A stretch of DNA of 64,000 nt, taken from NCBI GenBank assembly GCA_965112635.1, contig OZ218778.1:2510966-2574965 (forward strand), read 5' to 3'. This DNA is from an uncultured bacterium (GTDB lineage Bacteria; Oederibacteriota; Oederibacteriia; Oederibacteriales; Oederibacteriaceae). Positions 53,914 to 62,222 of the stretch are shown in pieces (the first letter of the stretch is position 1; each line of letters starts with the position of its first letter). A model generated the notes under the pieces. It saw only the letters and a program-made list of their open reading frames with translations. It made no database searches and was not told the origin of the DNA. The position numbers and the translations under genes were made by a program.

Positions 53914-56900
53914 TCATTTCAATACAATGAATTTTTTAGGTCCAATCTTGGTAGAACCCTGGTAGGTGTATGTTGAGCTGTATTTCATGCTGACCATGTA
54001 CAGGTAAACACCGGATACGAAATTCCTGACATCCAAAATGCTCGCCTGCGGCCCTCCCTGCTTTTGCTCCTCTATGGTCGCCACCAGTTCCGCGGCTTCA
54101 TTATATACCCGTATCTTCACAGTCCCCGGCCCTGCCATCAGGTAAACAATGGTCGCTGAATCCCCTGTTGCCGGCGATGGGTAAATAAACGAAGTACCAA
54201 GGGTTGGAGGGGTTGTGATAAAAGTCGGCGTGTTAGTAAAAGTCAACGAAGGCGTAAAGGTCATAGACGGGGTCTGGGTCTGCGAAGGCGTAGAGGTCTG
54301 GGTCGAGGTATAGGTCTGCGTCCCCGTCATGGTCACCGTGAAGGTCATGGTGACTGTGAAAGTCTGCGTGATCGTGGCAGTCTGGGTTGCCGTATTGGTC
54401 TGTGTGGCCGTGGCGGTCACCGTGGGAGTATTGGTCGCGGTGCCTGTCTGGGTTACGGTGGCGGTCTGGCTGGAGGTCAGGGTTTGGGTCAAGGTCATGG
54501 TGCTGGTCCCTGTCATGGTGCTGGTAGCGGTCACGGTAATGGTTGCAGTCTGCGTGCTGGTGGCTGTCTGGGTAGCGGTAGGGGTACTGGTCCAGGTCTG
54601 GGTAATAGTAAAGGTTAGGCTGGAGGTCAGAGTTTGCGAAGGGGTCAGGGTCTGGCTCGGCGTCAGGGTCTGCGTCGCGGTATAGGTCTGGGTGCCTGTG
54701 CTGGAAGGTGTCAGTGTCAGGCTGGGGGTCAAGGTCATGCTGGGGGTCAGGGTTATGGTCGCCGTGGCGGTCTGGGTCCCTGTGGTCGTAGGAGTACGGG
54801 TAGCACTTGGCGTCATAGTCTGGGTGGCCGTATAGGTGAGCGTCGTCGTCGCCGAACTGGTGGAGGTCGGGGTCGAGGTAGAGGTGTTCTGATTTTGCTT
54901 CCAGGCGCCTCCGCCGTAAGACCCAAGATATATCATGTTATTGGCAGTGTCAAAAGTCATCCGATGCGGCGATTCATAAGGCAGACCCGTCAGCCTTGTC
55001 CAAGTGCCGCCGCTGTCCAAGCTTTTCCACAAACCCTGCCCGCTGGTGGTCAGGTACATGGTAGAGCTGGTGACCGGGTCAAAGATGGGCTGGAACCCGA
55101 TGATTCGAGGAAAGATTAGTCCCGGGTCTACGTTGCACTGGGTCCAAAGCCCGCCCCCGTTGATGGTCTTGTAAAGCCCCGCGTCGCCCGAAGGCTGCCA
55201 GCCGTTGGTAAAGGTCATATACACGATACTACTGTTGGACGGGTCCACGTTATATTCCTGGGGCGTATAGGCCGGACTGCCCCCGTCTACGTTGGCGGAA
55301 ATATTGGTCCAAGTCACGCCGTGGTTCACGGACTTAAAAAGCCCTCCCGGGTTGGTATAACCAGGTCCGTCCCCAACAATGAGGCAGAACATGGTCCCAT
55401 CGCTGTGCATCCTCAAGGTATAAAGATGCGTATTGGTCCCCACAGCCAGAGAACTGTCGGACCATTTGCTCCAGTTGGTGCCTCCGTTGGTGGACCTATA
55501 AACAGCACCAGGGGTTGTGCTGGAAGACCCGTAAGCCGTGGCATAGATAGTGGCGGGATTGGTGGACTGGTCCGCGGTCAGGGAAGTGATGGGCAGAGGC
55601 AGGCCGTTGTAGGTCGGTAAACCGGTGTGGTAGGAATCGCTCCAAGTGACGCCTTTATCTATGCTTTTGATGACTCCCCCGCACACCCAGGAACCGGGAA
55701 AAGTGGGTCCGCTTACTTTTGACGGAATATCATGCTGCCAGGACTGCGCCGCGTAAACCCAGGAAGTTTTACCCGCATGGGAATCAAAAGCCAGGGCATA
55801 GATGGTATTGATCACATAGGGTTTGGGACCCGAATACCAGTTCACCCCGCTGTCCGTGCTGTAGGCATAACCGATATCGGTATAGCAGATATAGTGATAG
55901 CTGGGATCGGCCGGGTTGATGTAATAATTATGGACCCCGGTCACCTCCAGTCCCCGAGAGGTCCAGGGCTGGCTGGGCTGCAGTGTACCCACGGACGTGG
56001 AGTAGACCTGCTGCCAGTTATTTCCCCCATCCACACTGGAATAAATGTCCCCGCTGTTACTGGCCATCACCTGGTTGGTGTTAGTAGGATTAACGCTCAA
56101 CCCGTTGAGAAAAGGACCTACCCAGTCGGACTGGACCAGGTCAAAAGTTTCCCAGCCAACCGTGACGTTCGGGGGCTGGGGGCCGTACCCGTTCCAATTG
56201 ACGTTAAAAACCTGGGTCCAGGCACCGCCATCATTGGTGGTTTTATAAACCTCAGCGCCCAGAGGCGCGACTGTGTCGGTCACATAGGCCGTATCCGGCG
56301 CATTGTCGGCCACGGCCAGGAGATAATTGGTGGTGTTGCCGTCACTGGTGGTAGGGGTCCAGTTCCCCCCGTTGATGGACACATAGACCGGCTGGCCGGG
56401 CATGACCACATAGGCGGCCTCGCGGTTGGACGGGCTGGTCACACTGCCTCCGGCAAAGCTGGTCGGGTAAGAGGATCCGGTAAACGCGGGAAGCCCGGTA
56501 TTAAAAGGGGCCCAGGTGGCTCCCTGGTTCAAGGACCGGTAAACTCCCTGGCTGGTGCCGCAATAGCAGGTGCGGTTGCCCTGCTGTGTTGTCTGGTCCA
56601 CCAGGAAATTAACCACAAAACCGCTGATAGTAGGGCACAGGGTCCAATTTACTCCGCCGTTGATGCTCCGGTAGGCCTTGGTGGGCGTGCCCACGAACAT
56701 CAGGGAAGCGTCCCCCCGGTCAATGTAAATGCAGGTCAAATACTCCGACCAGGGCCCATTCACCACGCTCCAGGTATTGCCCTGGTCTGTGGTCTTTAAA
56801 AGATAGGAGGCATAATTGCTTTTTTGGTCGCCAAAACCCCAGACCGTATTGACATCCGTGGGGCTGAAAGCAAAAGGGCACTGGCGGTCCCTGATCAGGT

Positions 56901-57198
56901 TCCCGTCCCCGGGAACATTCACCAGGGAATTGATCTGCATGAAATCCAACATGACCCAGGTGTTGCCGCCATCCACCGAACGGTAAAATCCTCCCATATC
57001 GCAGGAACAAAAGATCAGGTTGGAATTCAGTGGGGAAATGGACGGGGCATAGATGGTACCTCCTCCGCCCAATCCCACGGGAGTCCAGGTAATGGTCTGC
57101 CCGGACAATATTCCTGCTAGGTTAAGACACAGCGCAACCGCCAGGAAAATGCAGTAAAACTCGTATTTACAGGCCATTATAGAGGTTCTCATCCACAA
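53914..57198 (-). CDS. Large secreted BNR/Asp-box repeat protein (1094 aa; sortilin/GH74-like beta-propellers) with a Thr/Ser-rich linker and a T9SS/FlgD-Ig-like C-terminal domain
   Basis: Signal peptide. At least 12 Asp-box motifs (SVDGGNTW, TTDQGNTW, SINGGVNW, SLNQGATW, TTNDGGAW, SVDGGNNW, STDSGVNW, SIDKGVTW, STNGGTNW, SVNHGVTW, TINGGGLW, SLDSGGTW). The C-terminus reads IYPSPATGDSATIVYL...VKIRVYNEAAELV...SGVYLYMV...KKFIVLK. Confidence 0.7.
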   Translation of the reverse strand: MWMRTSIMACKYEFYCIFLAVALCLNLAGILSGQTITWTPVGLGGGGTIYAPSISPLNSNLIFCSCDMGGFYRSVDGGNTWVMLDFMQINSLVNVPGDGNLIRDRQCPFAFSPTDVNTVWGFGDQKSNYASYLLKTTDQGNTWSVVNGPWSEYLTCIYIDRGDASLMFVGTPTKAYRSINGGVNWTLCPTISGFVVNFLVDQTTQQGNRTCYCGTSQGVYRSLNQGATWAPFNTGLPAFTGSSYPTSFAGGSVTSPSNREAAYVVMPGQPVYVSINGGNWTPTTSDGNTTNYLLAVADNAPDTAYVTDTVAPLGAEVYKTTNDGGAWTQVFNVNWNGYGPQPPNVTVGWETFDLVQSDWVGPFLNGLSVNPTNTNQVMASNSGDIYSSVDGGNNWQQVYSTSVGTLQPSQPWTSRGLEVTGVHNYYINPADPSYHYICYTDIGYAYSTDSGVNWYSGPKPYVINTIYALAFDSHAGKTSWVYAAQSWQHDIPSKVSGPTFPGSWVCGGVIKSIDKGVTWSDSYHTGLPTYNGLPLPITSLTADQSTNPATIYATAYGSSSTTPGAVYRSTNGGTNWSKWSDSSLAVGTNTHLYTLRMHSDGTMFCLIVGDGPGYTNPGGLFKSVNHGVTWTNISANVDGGSPAYTPQEYNVDPSNSSIVYMTFTNGWQPSGDAGLYKTINGGGLWTQCNVDPGLIFPRIIGFQPIFDPVTSSTMYLTTSGQGLWKSLDSGGTWTRLTGLPYESPHRMTFDTANNMIYLGSYGGGAWKQNQNTSTSTPTSTSSATTTLTYTATQTMTPSATRTPTTTGTQTATATITLTPSMTLTPSLTLTPSSTGTQTYTATQTLTPSQTLTPSQTLTSSLTFTITQTWTSTPTATQTATSTQTATITVTATSTMTGTSTMTLTQTLTSSQTATVTQTGTATNTPTVTATATQTNTATQTATITQTFTVTMTFTVTMTGTQTYTSTQTSTPSQTQTPSMTFTPSLTFTNTPTFITTPPTLGTSFIYPSPATGDSATIVYLMAGPGTVKIRVYNEAAELVATIEEQKQGGPQASILDVRNFVSGVYLYMVSMKYSSTYTYQGSTKIGPKKFIVLK
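54223..54889 (-). repeat. Low-complexity tandem repeat encoding a 222-aa Thr/Ser/Pro-rich linker
   Basis: Seen directly. The antisense frame gives the spurious VTVKV-repeat ORF at 54329-54685. Confidence 0.8.
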
Positions 57199-57322
57199 CC
57201 TCCTTAAAATTTAAGTATATCACTTCTAGGCTTGTCTGATTGGACAACAAAAAAACGTCTAAGTTCCACATTTTTAAAGGAATTTAATTGGAATTTGGGA
57301 GGAAAGGTTACAGGAGATAAAG

Positions 57323-58132
57323 CTATATGGCCACAACGCTGATTTTCAGTTTGTCCGCGGCTTTGATGAATTTTTCTCTTTCAATAAAAAGGGTCTTTCC
57401 GGCATTCACGGCCAGGGCGGTCACTCCGGCTTTTTTCAGCATGGTCAAAGTCTTTAAACCGACCACAGGAACGTCGAAACGCATATCTTGATGTGGCTTG
57501 CTGACCTTCACCACCACTAGGTTGCCGTGGGCTTCCCTGCCGGCCCTTTCAATGGTCTTATCCGTGCCTTCAATGGCTTCCACACCTATGACGGCCTGAT
57601 TTTTGACCACCAGGGTCTGGCCTACGTCAATCCCGGCGATCACCTTGGCCATCCTGAGACCGAACCGGATGTCTTTCCACTCTTTGGGAGAAGGCGCCCT
57701 TTTGGAAAGCACTCCTTTTTCAGGAACAAGCTGGGAAAGGTATAAAAGGGAGTTCTTCAGCCTGATCCCCTCCTTGGCCAGTTCGCTGGCTACCGCGCCC
57801 AATAGCGAATTGGCCTTTTTGTCCTTGAGGCTTGCCAGGAGTTTCACCGCGCGCCAGTCAAAGGTCAGGGGTGAAAAAAGCAGGTGGTGCCTGACCTTGC
57901 CGGCCATCACCACTTCTTTGATGCCGTATTTTTTCAGGATCCTGATGAGCCGTCCCAGCTGTCCCACGTGGACCCATTCACAGACAAATGCTTCTTTTTC
58001 CAGTTGGCGGTTGGCGTCCTCTTTGATACCGACGGCGATCACATTGACCCCGTGCCGACGCGCGGCCCTCACGAATAGGATGGGGAACTGCCCGCTGCCC
58101 GCGATAAGCCCAATCCTCTTCTGTGGTTTCAT
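57323..58132 (-). CDS. lpxI: LpxI-family UDP-2,3-diacylglucosamine hydrolase (DUF1009)
   Basis: A 269-aa product with the N-terminal RIGLIAGSGQFPILFVRAARRHGVNVIAVG, typical of LpxI. Confidence 0.65.
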   Translation of the reverse strand: MKPQKRIGLIAGSGQFPILFVRAARRHGVNVIAVGIKEDANRQLEKEAFVCEWVHVGQLGRLIRILKKYGIKEVVMAGKVRHHLLFSPLTFDWRAVKLLASLKDKKANSLLGAVASELAKEGIRLKNSLLYLSQLVPEKGVLSKRAPSPKEWKDIRFGLRMAKVIAGIDVGQTLVVKNQAVIGVEAIEGTDKTIERAGREAHGNLVVVKVSKPHQDMRFDVPVVGLKTLTMLKKAGVTALAVNAGKTLFIEREKFIKAADKLKISVVAI

Positions 58133-58135
58133 CCT

Positions 58136-59722
58136 CTATTCCCTGTAAACCCTGTAATCGATCTCCGGGAAAATATTGTCCTTGTATTCAATATCGGCGA
58201 GCCAGGGTTCGTCGATCTGGTTGTTCTTGATCTGCTCGTAGAGCTTGGTGAACCTGCCCACGTGGTCCACGGTCCTCTTGTGGGCGTATTCCACCATGGT
58301 GCCGGTCTTCATGATAAAGGCCCAGTCGCTGGATTGTGCCAGCAGCAGCTCCCGGGCCGCCTGGTTGAGCGCCCTGCGGGCCAGACCTTCCGCCTGCGGG
58401 AACCATCCGGCCATTTCCACCATCCGGTCGGCTGCCTTGTGCAGGTGACGGTAGATCCAATCGTTGCTCCCTTCCAACCAGACCTCGTGGTATCCCTTGT
58501 AGCCCCAGCTGGACATGTTGGGGACAAGCACCTGGTTGCGGGGGTATTTTTGGAGGTATTCCCAGGGAGTGGTCAGTTTGACGATGTCCTGGTCGTGATG
58601 GATCTTGCGGAAAAGGAAATTCAGGAACTGCGGGCCCTCATACCACCAGTGGCCGAAAAGCTCCGCGTCATACGGAGCCACGATGATAGGCTGCCGGCCC
58701 AGGACTCCGTAAAGATGCTCGACCTGTTTTTCCCGGTTGAACATGAAATTACCCGCGTGTTCCGCGGCTTTTTCGGTTCCCCGCCAGGGCACGTAGGGCT
58801 CCTTGTGATTGCCCGTTCCGGTGATACGGTAATATTTGATGCCCGTGTTGATCCTCATCCCGCTTTCATGGATATAGGGCTTGATGTAATCAATAGGGAG
58901 GTCAAAACCCACGTCACGATAAAACTCCCTGTACTCAAAATCCCCCGGGTATCCCTCGACGGCGCTCCAAACTTGCTTGGAAGACTCGATATCCCTTCCA
59001 AAAGCCGCTACCCCTGAAGGGCAATAAACCGGGGCGAACACTCCAAAACGGGGCCTTTTGGAGCCAAAAAGGATCGCGTGGGAATCCACGAAAAAAAACC
59101 TGATTCCGTATTTCTTCAGCAGGACATCGTCTCCCGGGTTGTAAGCGCATTCCGGAAGCCATATCCCCCTGGGTTTCCGGCCCAAATGCTTCTCGTGGCA
59201 CTGCACCGCCACGGCGATCTGGGCTTCCACGGCTTTTCGGTTGAGCATCAAGGGCAGATAGCCGTGCGTGGCCCCGCAGGTGATGATCTCCAGCTTTCCG
59301 GCGTCCTGGAATTTTTTGAAACCGCTCACCAGATTGCGGTGGTAGTAGTTCTCAAAAAGATCCAGGTCCCTTCTGAACTTCGCGGCGTACATTTTGGCGC
59401 ATTCGTGGAAATTCGGGTCGAAATGGGTGCGGGCATATTCCTTTTCGGACAACTCGATAAGCTTGTGCAGGTGCTTCAAGAACCTGTCCTGCAGCAGGGG
59501 ATCGGTCATCATGGAGATAAGCGGCGGGGTCAGGCTCATGGTCAGCCTGAAATCCACCCCGTCCCGCAAAAGTCCCTCGAACATGTCCAGCAGGGGCAGG
59601 TATGTCTCTAGGACGGCTTCGTAGAACCAGTCCTCTTCCAGGAAATCTTCATATTCGGGGTGGCGGACAAAAGGAAGGTGCGCGTGGAGGACTAACGAAA
59701 GATAACCTTTTTCATTACCCAT
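58136..59722 (-). CDS. Glycoside hydrolase family 57 1,4-alpha-glucan branching enzyme
   Basis: The N-terminal GYLSLVLHAHLPFVRHPEYE is the GH57 signature start. The product is 528 aa. Confidence 0.8.
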   Translation of the reverse strand: MGNEKGYLSLVLHAHLPFVRHPEYEDFLEEDWFYEAVLETYLPLLDMFEGLLRDGVDFRLTMSLTPPLISMMTDPLLQDRFLKHLHKLIELSEKEYARTHFDPNFHECAKMYAAKFRRDLDLFENYYHRNLVSGFKKFQDAGKLEIITCGATHGYLPLMLNRKAVEAQIAVAVQCHEKHLGRKPRGIWLPECAYNPGDDVLLKKYGIRFFFVDSHAILFGSKRPRFGVFAPVYCPSGVAAFGRDIESSKQVWSAVEGYPGDFEYREFYRDVGFDLPIDYIKPYIHESGMRINTGIKYYRITGTGNHKEPYVPWRGTEKAAEHAGNFMFNREKQVEHLYGVLGRQPIIVAPYDAELFGHWWYEGPQFLNFLFRKIHHDQDIVKLTTPWEYLQKYPRNQVLVPNMSSWGYKGYHEVWLEGSNDWIYRHLHKAADRMVEMAGWFPQAEGLARRALNQAARELLLAQSSDWAFIMKTGTMVEYAHKRTVDHVGRFTKLYEQIKNNQIDEPWLADIEYKDNIFPEIDYRVYRE

Positions 59723-59725
59723 TTT

Positions 59726-60616
59726 TCATCCAGCCAGTCTTTTCAATGCTTCCTGATATTTTTCGGATGTTTTTTGGACCACTTCATCGGGCAGCACCGG
59801 CGCCGGCGGCTTCTTGTTCCAGCCTATTTTCAGCAGGTAGTCGCGCACATACTGCTTGTCAAAGCTGACCGGGCTGGAACCGGGCTGATAAGCATCAGCC
59901 GGCCAAAACCTGGAGGAATCCGGGGTCAGGACTTCGTCGATGAGGATGACCCTGCCCTGATAAAGACCGAACTCGAACTTGGTGTCCGCGATGATAATCC
60001 CTTTGGTCAAAGCGTATTTGGCGCCCTCTTCATACAGCCTCAGGCTGGCGTCCCGGACCTGTTCGGCGATGGAGCGGCCCACGATGGCGGCCGCGCCTTC
60101 GAAATCGATATTCTCGTCGTGCTCGCCCTGGGGAGCCTTGGTGGCCGGCGTAAAGACCGTCTGCGGCAGCCTGTCCGCCTCTTTTAGTCCGCTGGGATGT
60201 TTTACCCCGCAGACCGTCCCCTTTTCCTTGTATTCCTGCCAGGCCGACCCGGCCAGGTAACCCCTCACCACTGCTTCAATAGCCAGGGGCTGGGCCTTTT
60301 TGACCACCACGCTGCGTTTCTGGTAAGGAACCAGCTCGGGTTTGAGCTGCGCGCTGGGCCAGGGATTTGTCGAAACAATATGGTTATCGATGACAGACCT
60401 GGTCTTGTTGAACCAGAAATTGGAAAGGCTGGTCAGTATTTCGCCTTTACGCGGGATAGGATTGGGAAGGATCACGTCAAAAGCAGAAAGTCTGTCCGTG
60501 GCCACGATGAGGAGGTTGTCTCCCATCTCGTAAACATCCCGGACTTTGCCTTGCTTGATCAGCTTGTAACCTGGAAGCTGGGACTGCAGGATATTCATGC
60601 CATCAGGGGAAGCCAT
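59726..60616 (-). CDS. purC: Phosphoribosylaminoimidazole-succinocarboxamide synthase (SAICAR synthetase, PurC)
   Basis: The start is taken at MASPDG. YKLIKQGKVRDVYE...LLIVATDRLSAFD is the PurC N-terminal signature. The ATG overlaps the upstream stop as ATGA at 60614-60618. Confidence 0.85.
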   Translation of the reverse strand: MASPDGMNILQSQLPGYKLIKQGKVRDVYEMGDNLLIVATDRLSAFDVILPNPIPRKGEILTSLSNFWFNKTRSVIDNHIVSTNPWPSAQLKPELVPYQKRSVVVKKAQPLAIEAVVRGYLAGSAWQEYKEKGTVCGVKHPSGLKEADRLPQTVFTPATKAPQGEHDENIDFEGAAAIVGRSIAEQVRDASLRLYEEGAKYALTKGIIIADTKFEFGLYQGRVILIDEVLTPDSSRFWPADAYQPGSSPVSFDKQYVRDYLLKIGWNKKPPAPVLPDEVVQKTSEKYQEALKRLAG

Positions 60617-61359
60617 CAAAACCCTCCGCTGCCGCTTCCAAAACGCCGCCACTCCTCGGAACCGTGGGCCCTGCGCCTGCCGCCGGAAAGGTCGAAGATC
60701 CTCTCCCATTCCTCCCCCAAGACCATCCACTCTTCGTCCGTGTAGGGGGAAACTCTTGCCCGCGGCATAAAGACCGTATTAGACCGGGCAAAGGTGATGA
60801 ACCGGCCATCGTCCATCCTGAGGCCGATCTCCGCGCAATAATGCCTCTCCTGGAGGGATATGCGGTAATACCAGTTATTAATCAATCCGTCCACTTCCAC
60901 GTCATTGTAACCGTGGGCGTTGGAGCCGTTAAAATCAATGTCGGTAACGTCATAGACCCTGAGCACCAGCTTGTAACCCTGGCCCTGGTTCTGGCGCAGG
61001 GTGGTTTCCCACCGGCCCTGGGTGATCTCCCAGTAGCTGTAGATCCAATCCGGGTCGCGGGGAAGCAGTACCAGCCTTTCCTCGCCATAACCCTGCGGCA
61101 GAGCATATTTCTCTTCCTGCCTTTGCGGCCTGTGGTGCTTTGGAGGTTCCGTGGATGAGGGAAAGGCCGGGGCTTTTGTTTCGGGTTCAGTAGATTTGGG
61201 GGCAACAACCTTACGACGCTTGGCCGTTGCCTTTAGCCGGGCTACTTTCTGGCTCACTTGCTCTTTGACTTTCTTTAGGACCGTGGCTCCGGCTTTCTTG
61301 ACAGTCTTTTTGAGTTTTTCCACTTTTTCTGAAGCCTTCGATGTCTTCTTAACGGGCAT
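60616..61359 (-). CDS. DUF4912-like hypothetical protein with a Lys-rich N-terminus
   Basis: The segment LVLLPRDPDWIYSYWEI resembles the conserved core of DUF4912. The N-terminal 60 aa are highly basic (KKTVKKAGATVLKKVKEQ). Confidence 0.5.
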   Translation of the reverse strand: MPVKKTSKASEKVEKLKKTVKKAGATVLKKVKEQVSQKVARLKATAKRRKVVAPKSTEPETKAPAFPSSTEPPKHHRPQRQEEKYALPQGYGEERLVLLPRDPDWIYSYWEITQGRWETTLRQNQGQGYKLVLRVYDVTDIDFNGSNAHGYNDVEVDGLINNWYYRISLQERHYCAEIGLRMDDGRFITFARSNTVFMPRARVSPYTDEEWMVLGEEWERIFDLSGGRRRAHGSEEWRRFGSGSGGF

Positions 61360-61378
61360 GGCAACCTCCGATCAGCAA

Positions 61379-61648
61379 CTATTTTTCTTCTTCTTTTTCT
61401 TCAGCCGGTTCTGTTCTAGCCTTGGAGACTCTGGTCTCCTTCTCGTTGACTTCTACCTTGAATTCTCCCAGGGCAAACTCTTCCAGGGCGATGGAAGTCG
61501 GCTTGAGGGCCTTGGTCTGAATCAGAACTAGCGCGCCGTCATTGATCTGCCTCGCCCTTCTAGAGGCCATCATAGCCAGGCGGTATTTACTCTCGGCGTT
61601 TCCAATGGTCTCTTCGATCTCCTTATGTCTTGTGGGCACCTTTTCCAT
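61379..61648 (-). CDS. rpoZ: DNA-directed RNA polymerase subunit omega
   Basis: An 89-aa product. SKYRLAMMASRRARQI is the RpoZ signature. Confidence 0.8.
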   Translation of the reverse strand: MEKVPTRHKEIEETIGNAESKYRLAMMASRRARQINDGALVLIQTKALKPTSIALEEFALGEFKVEVNEKETRVSKARTEPAEEKEEEK

Positions 61649-61760
61649 CCTCCTTATATTTAATAAATCAGCTCAAACTGCCTTAAAACAATATAACACT
61701 TTGGTTAGAATTTCGAACATTTTTTCAGGGTGTAACGGCCTGCCGGCGTGTATAAAAACC

Positions 61761-62210
61761 CTATTTCTTAAGCCCCTGGACTTCATTCATAAATTCATTG
61801 ATGTCCTTAAACTGCTTGTAAACCGAAGCGAAGCGCACATAAGCCACTTCATCTAACTCCCTCAATTTACTAATGACCCATTCACCGATCACCTGGGCGG
61901 CCACCTCTTTGTCCGGATTGGCCTGGAGCTGCCGTTCGATCTCGTCCACCACGGCTTCCAGTTTCTCGGTGGAAACAGGTCTTTTTTCACAGGCCCGCCT
62001 TAGCCCGCTCAGGATCTTGTTGCGGTCAAAAGGCTCCCGGCGTCCGTCCTTTTTTACGACAACGGGAAGTTTTTCCTCGATCTGCTCGTAGGTGGTAAAC
62101 CGTTTGCCGCACTTCAGGCACTCCCGTCTCCGCCGGATGGAATCCCCTTCCTTGCTGGACCGGGAATCAATGACCTTATCTTCACTGTAATGGCAAAAAG
62201 GACAACGCAC
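61761..62210 (-). CDS. nrdR: Transcriptional repressor NrdR
   Basis: [17 protein letters not shown]...[12 protein letters not shown] is the NrdR zinc ribbon and is followed by an ATP-cone. The product is 149 aa. Confidence 0.9.
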   Translation of the reverse strand: MRCPFCHYSEDKVIDSRSSKEGDSIRRRRECLKCGKRFTTYEQIEEKLPVVVKKDGRREPFDRNKILSGLRRACEKRPVSTEKLEAVVDEIERQLQANPDKEVAAQVIGEWVISKLRELDEVAYVRFASVYKQFKDINEFMNEVQGLKK

Positions 62211-62222
62211 GGGAACCCCCGC

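Noticed and set aside
54329-54685. A 118-aa ORF composed of VTVKV/VAVLV repeats.
   Set aside because: It is the antisense reading of the Thr-rich linker repeat of the BNR protein and not a real gene.
57199-57322. Short palindrome TTGTCtgattgGACAA in the intergenic region upstream of the BNR-protein gene.
   Set aside because: It has 5-bp arms only, so a chance occurrence is likely.
60617-60730. Upstream extension of purC (MDGLGGGMGEDL...).
   Set aside because: It is Gly/Arg-rich and non-PurC-like, and it overlaps the 3' end of the DUF4912-like gene. MASPDG at 60616 gives the canonical PurC N-terminus.
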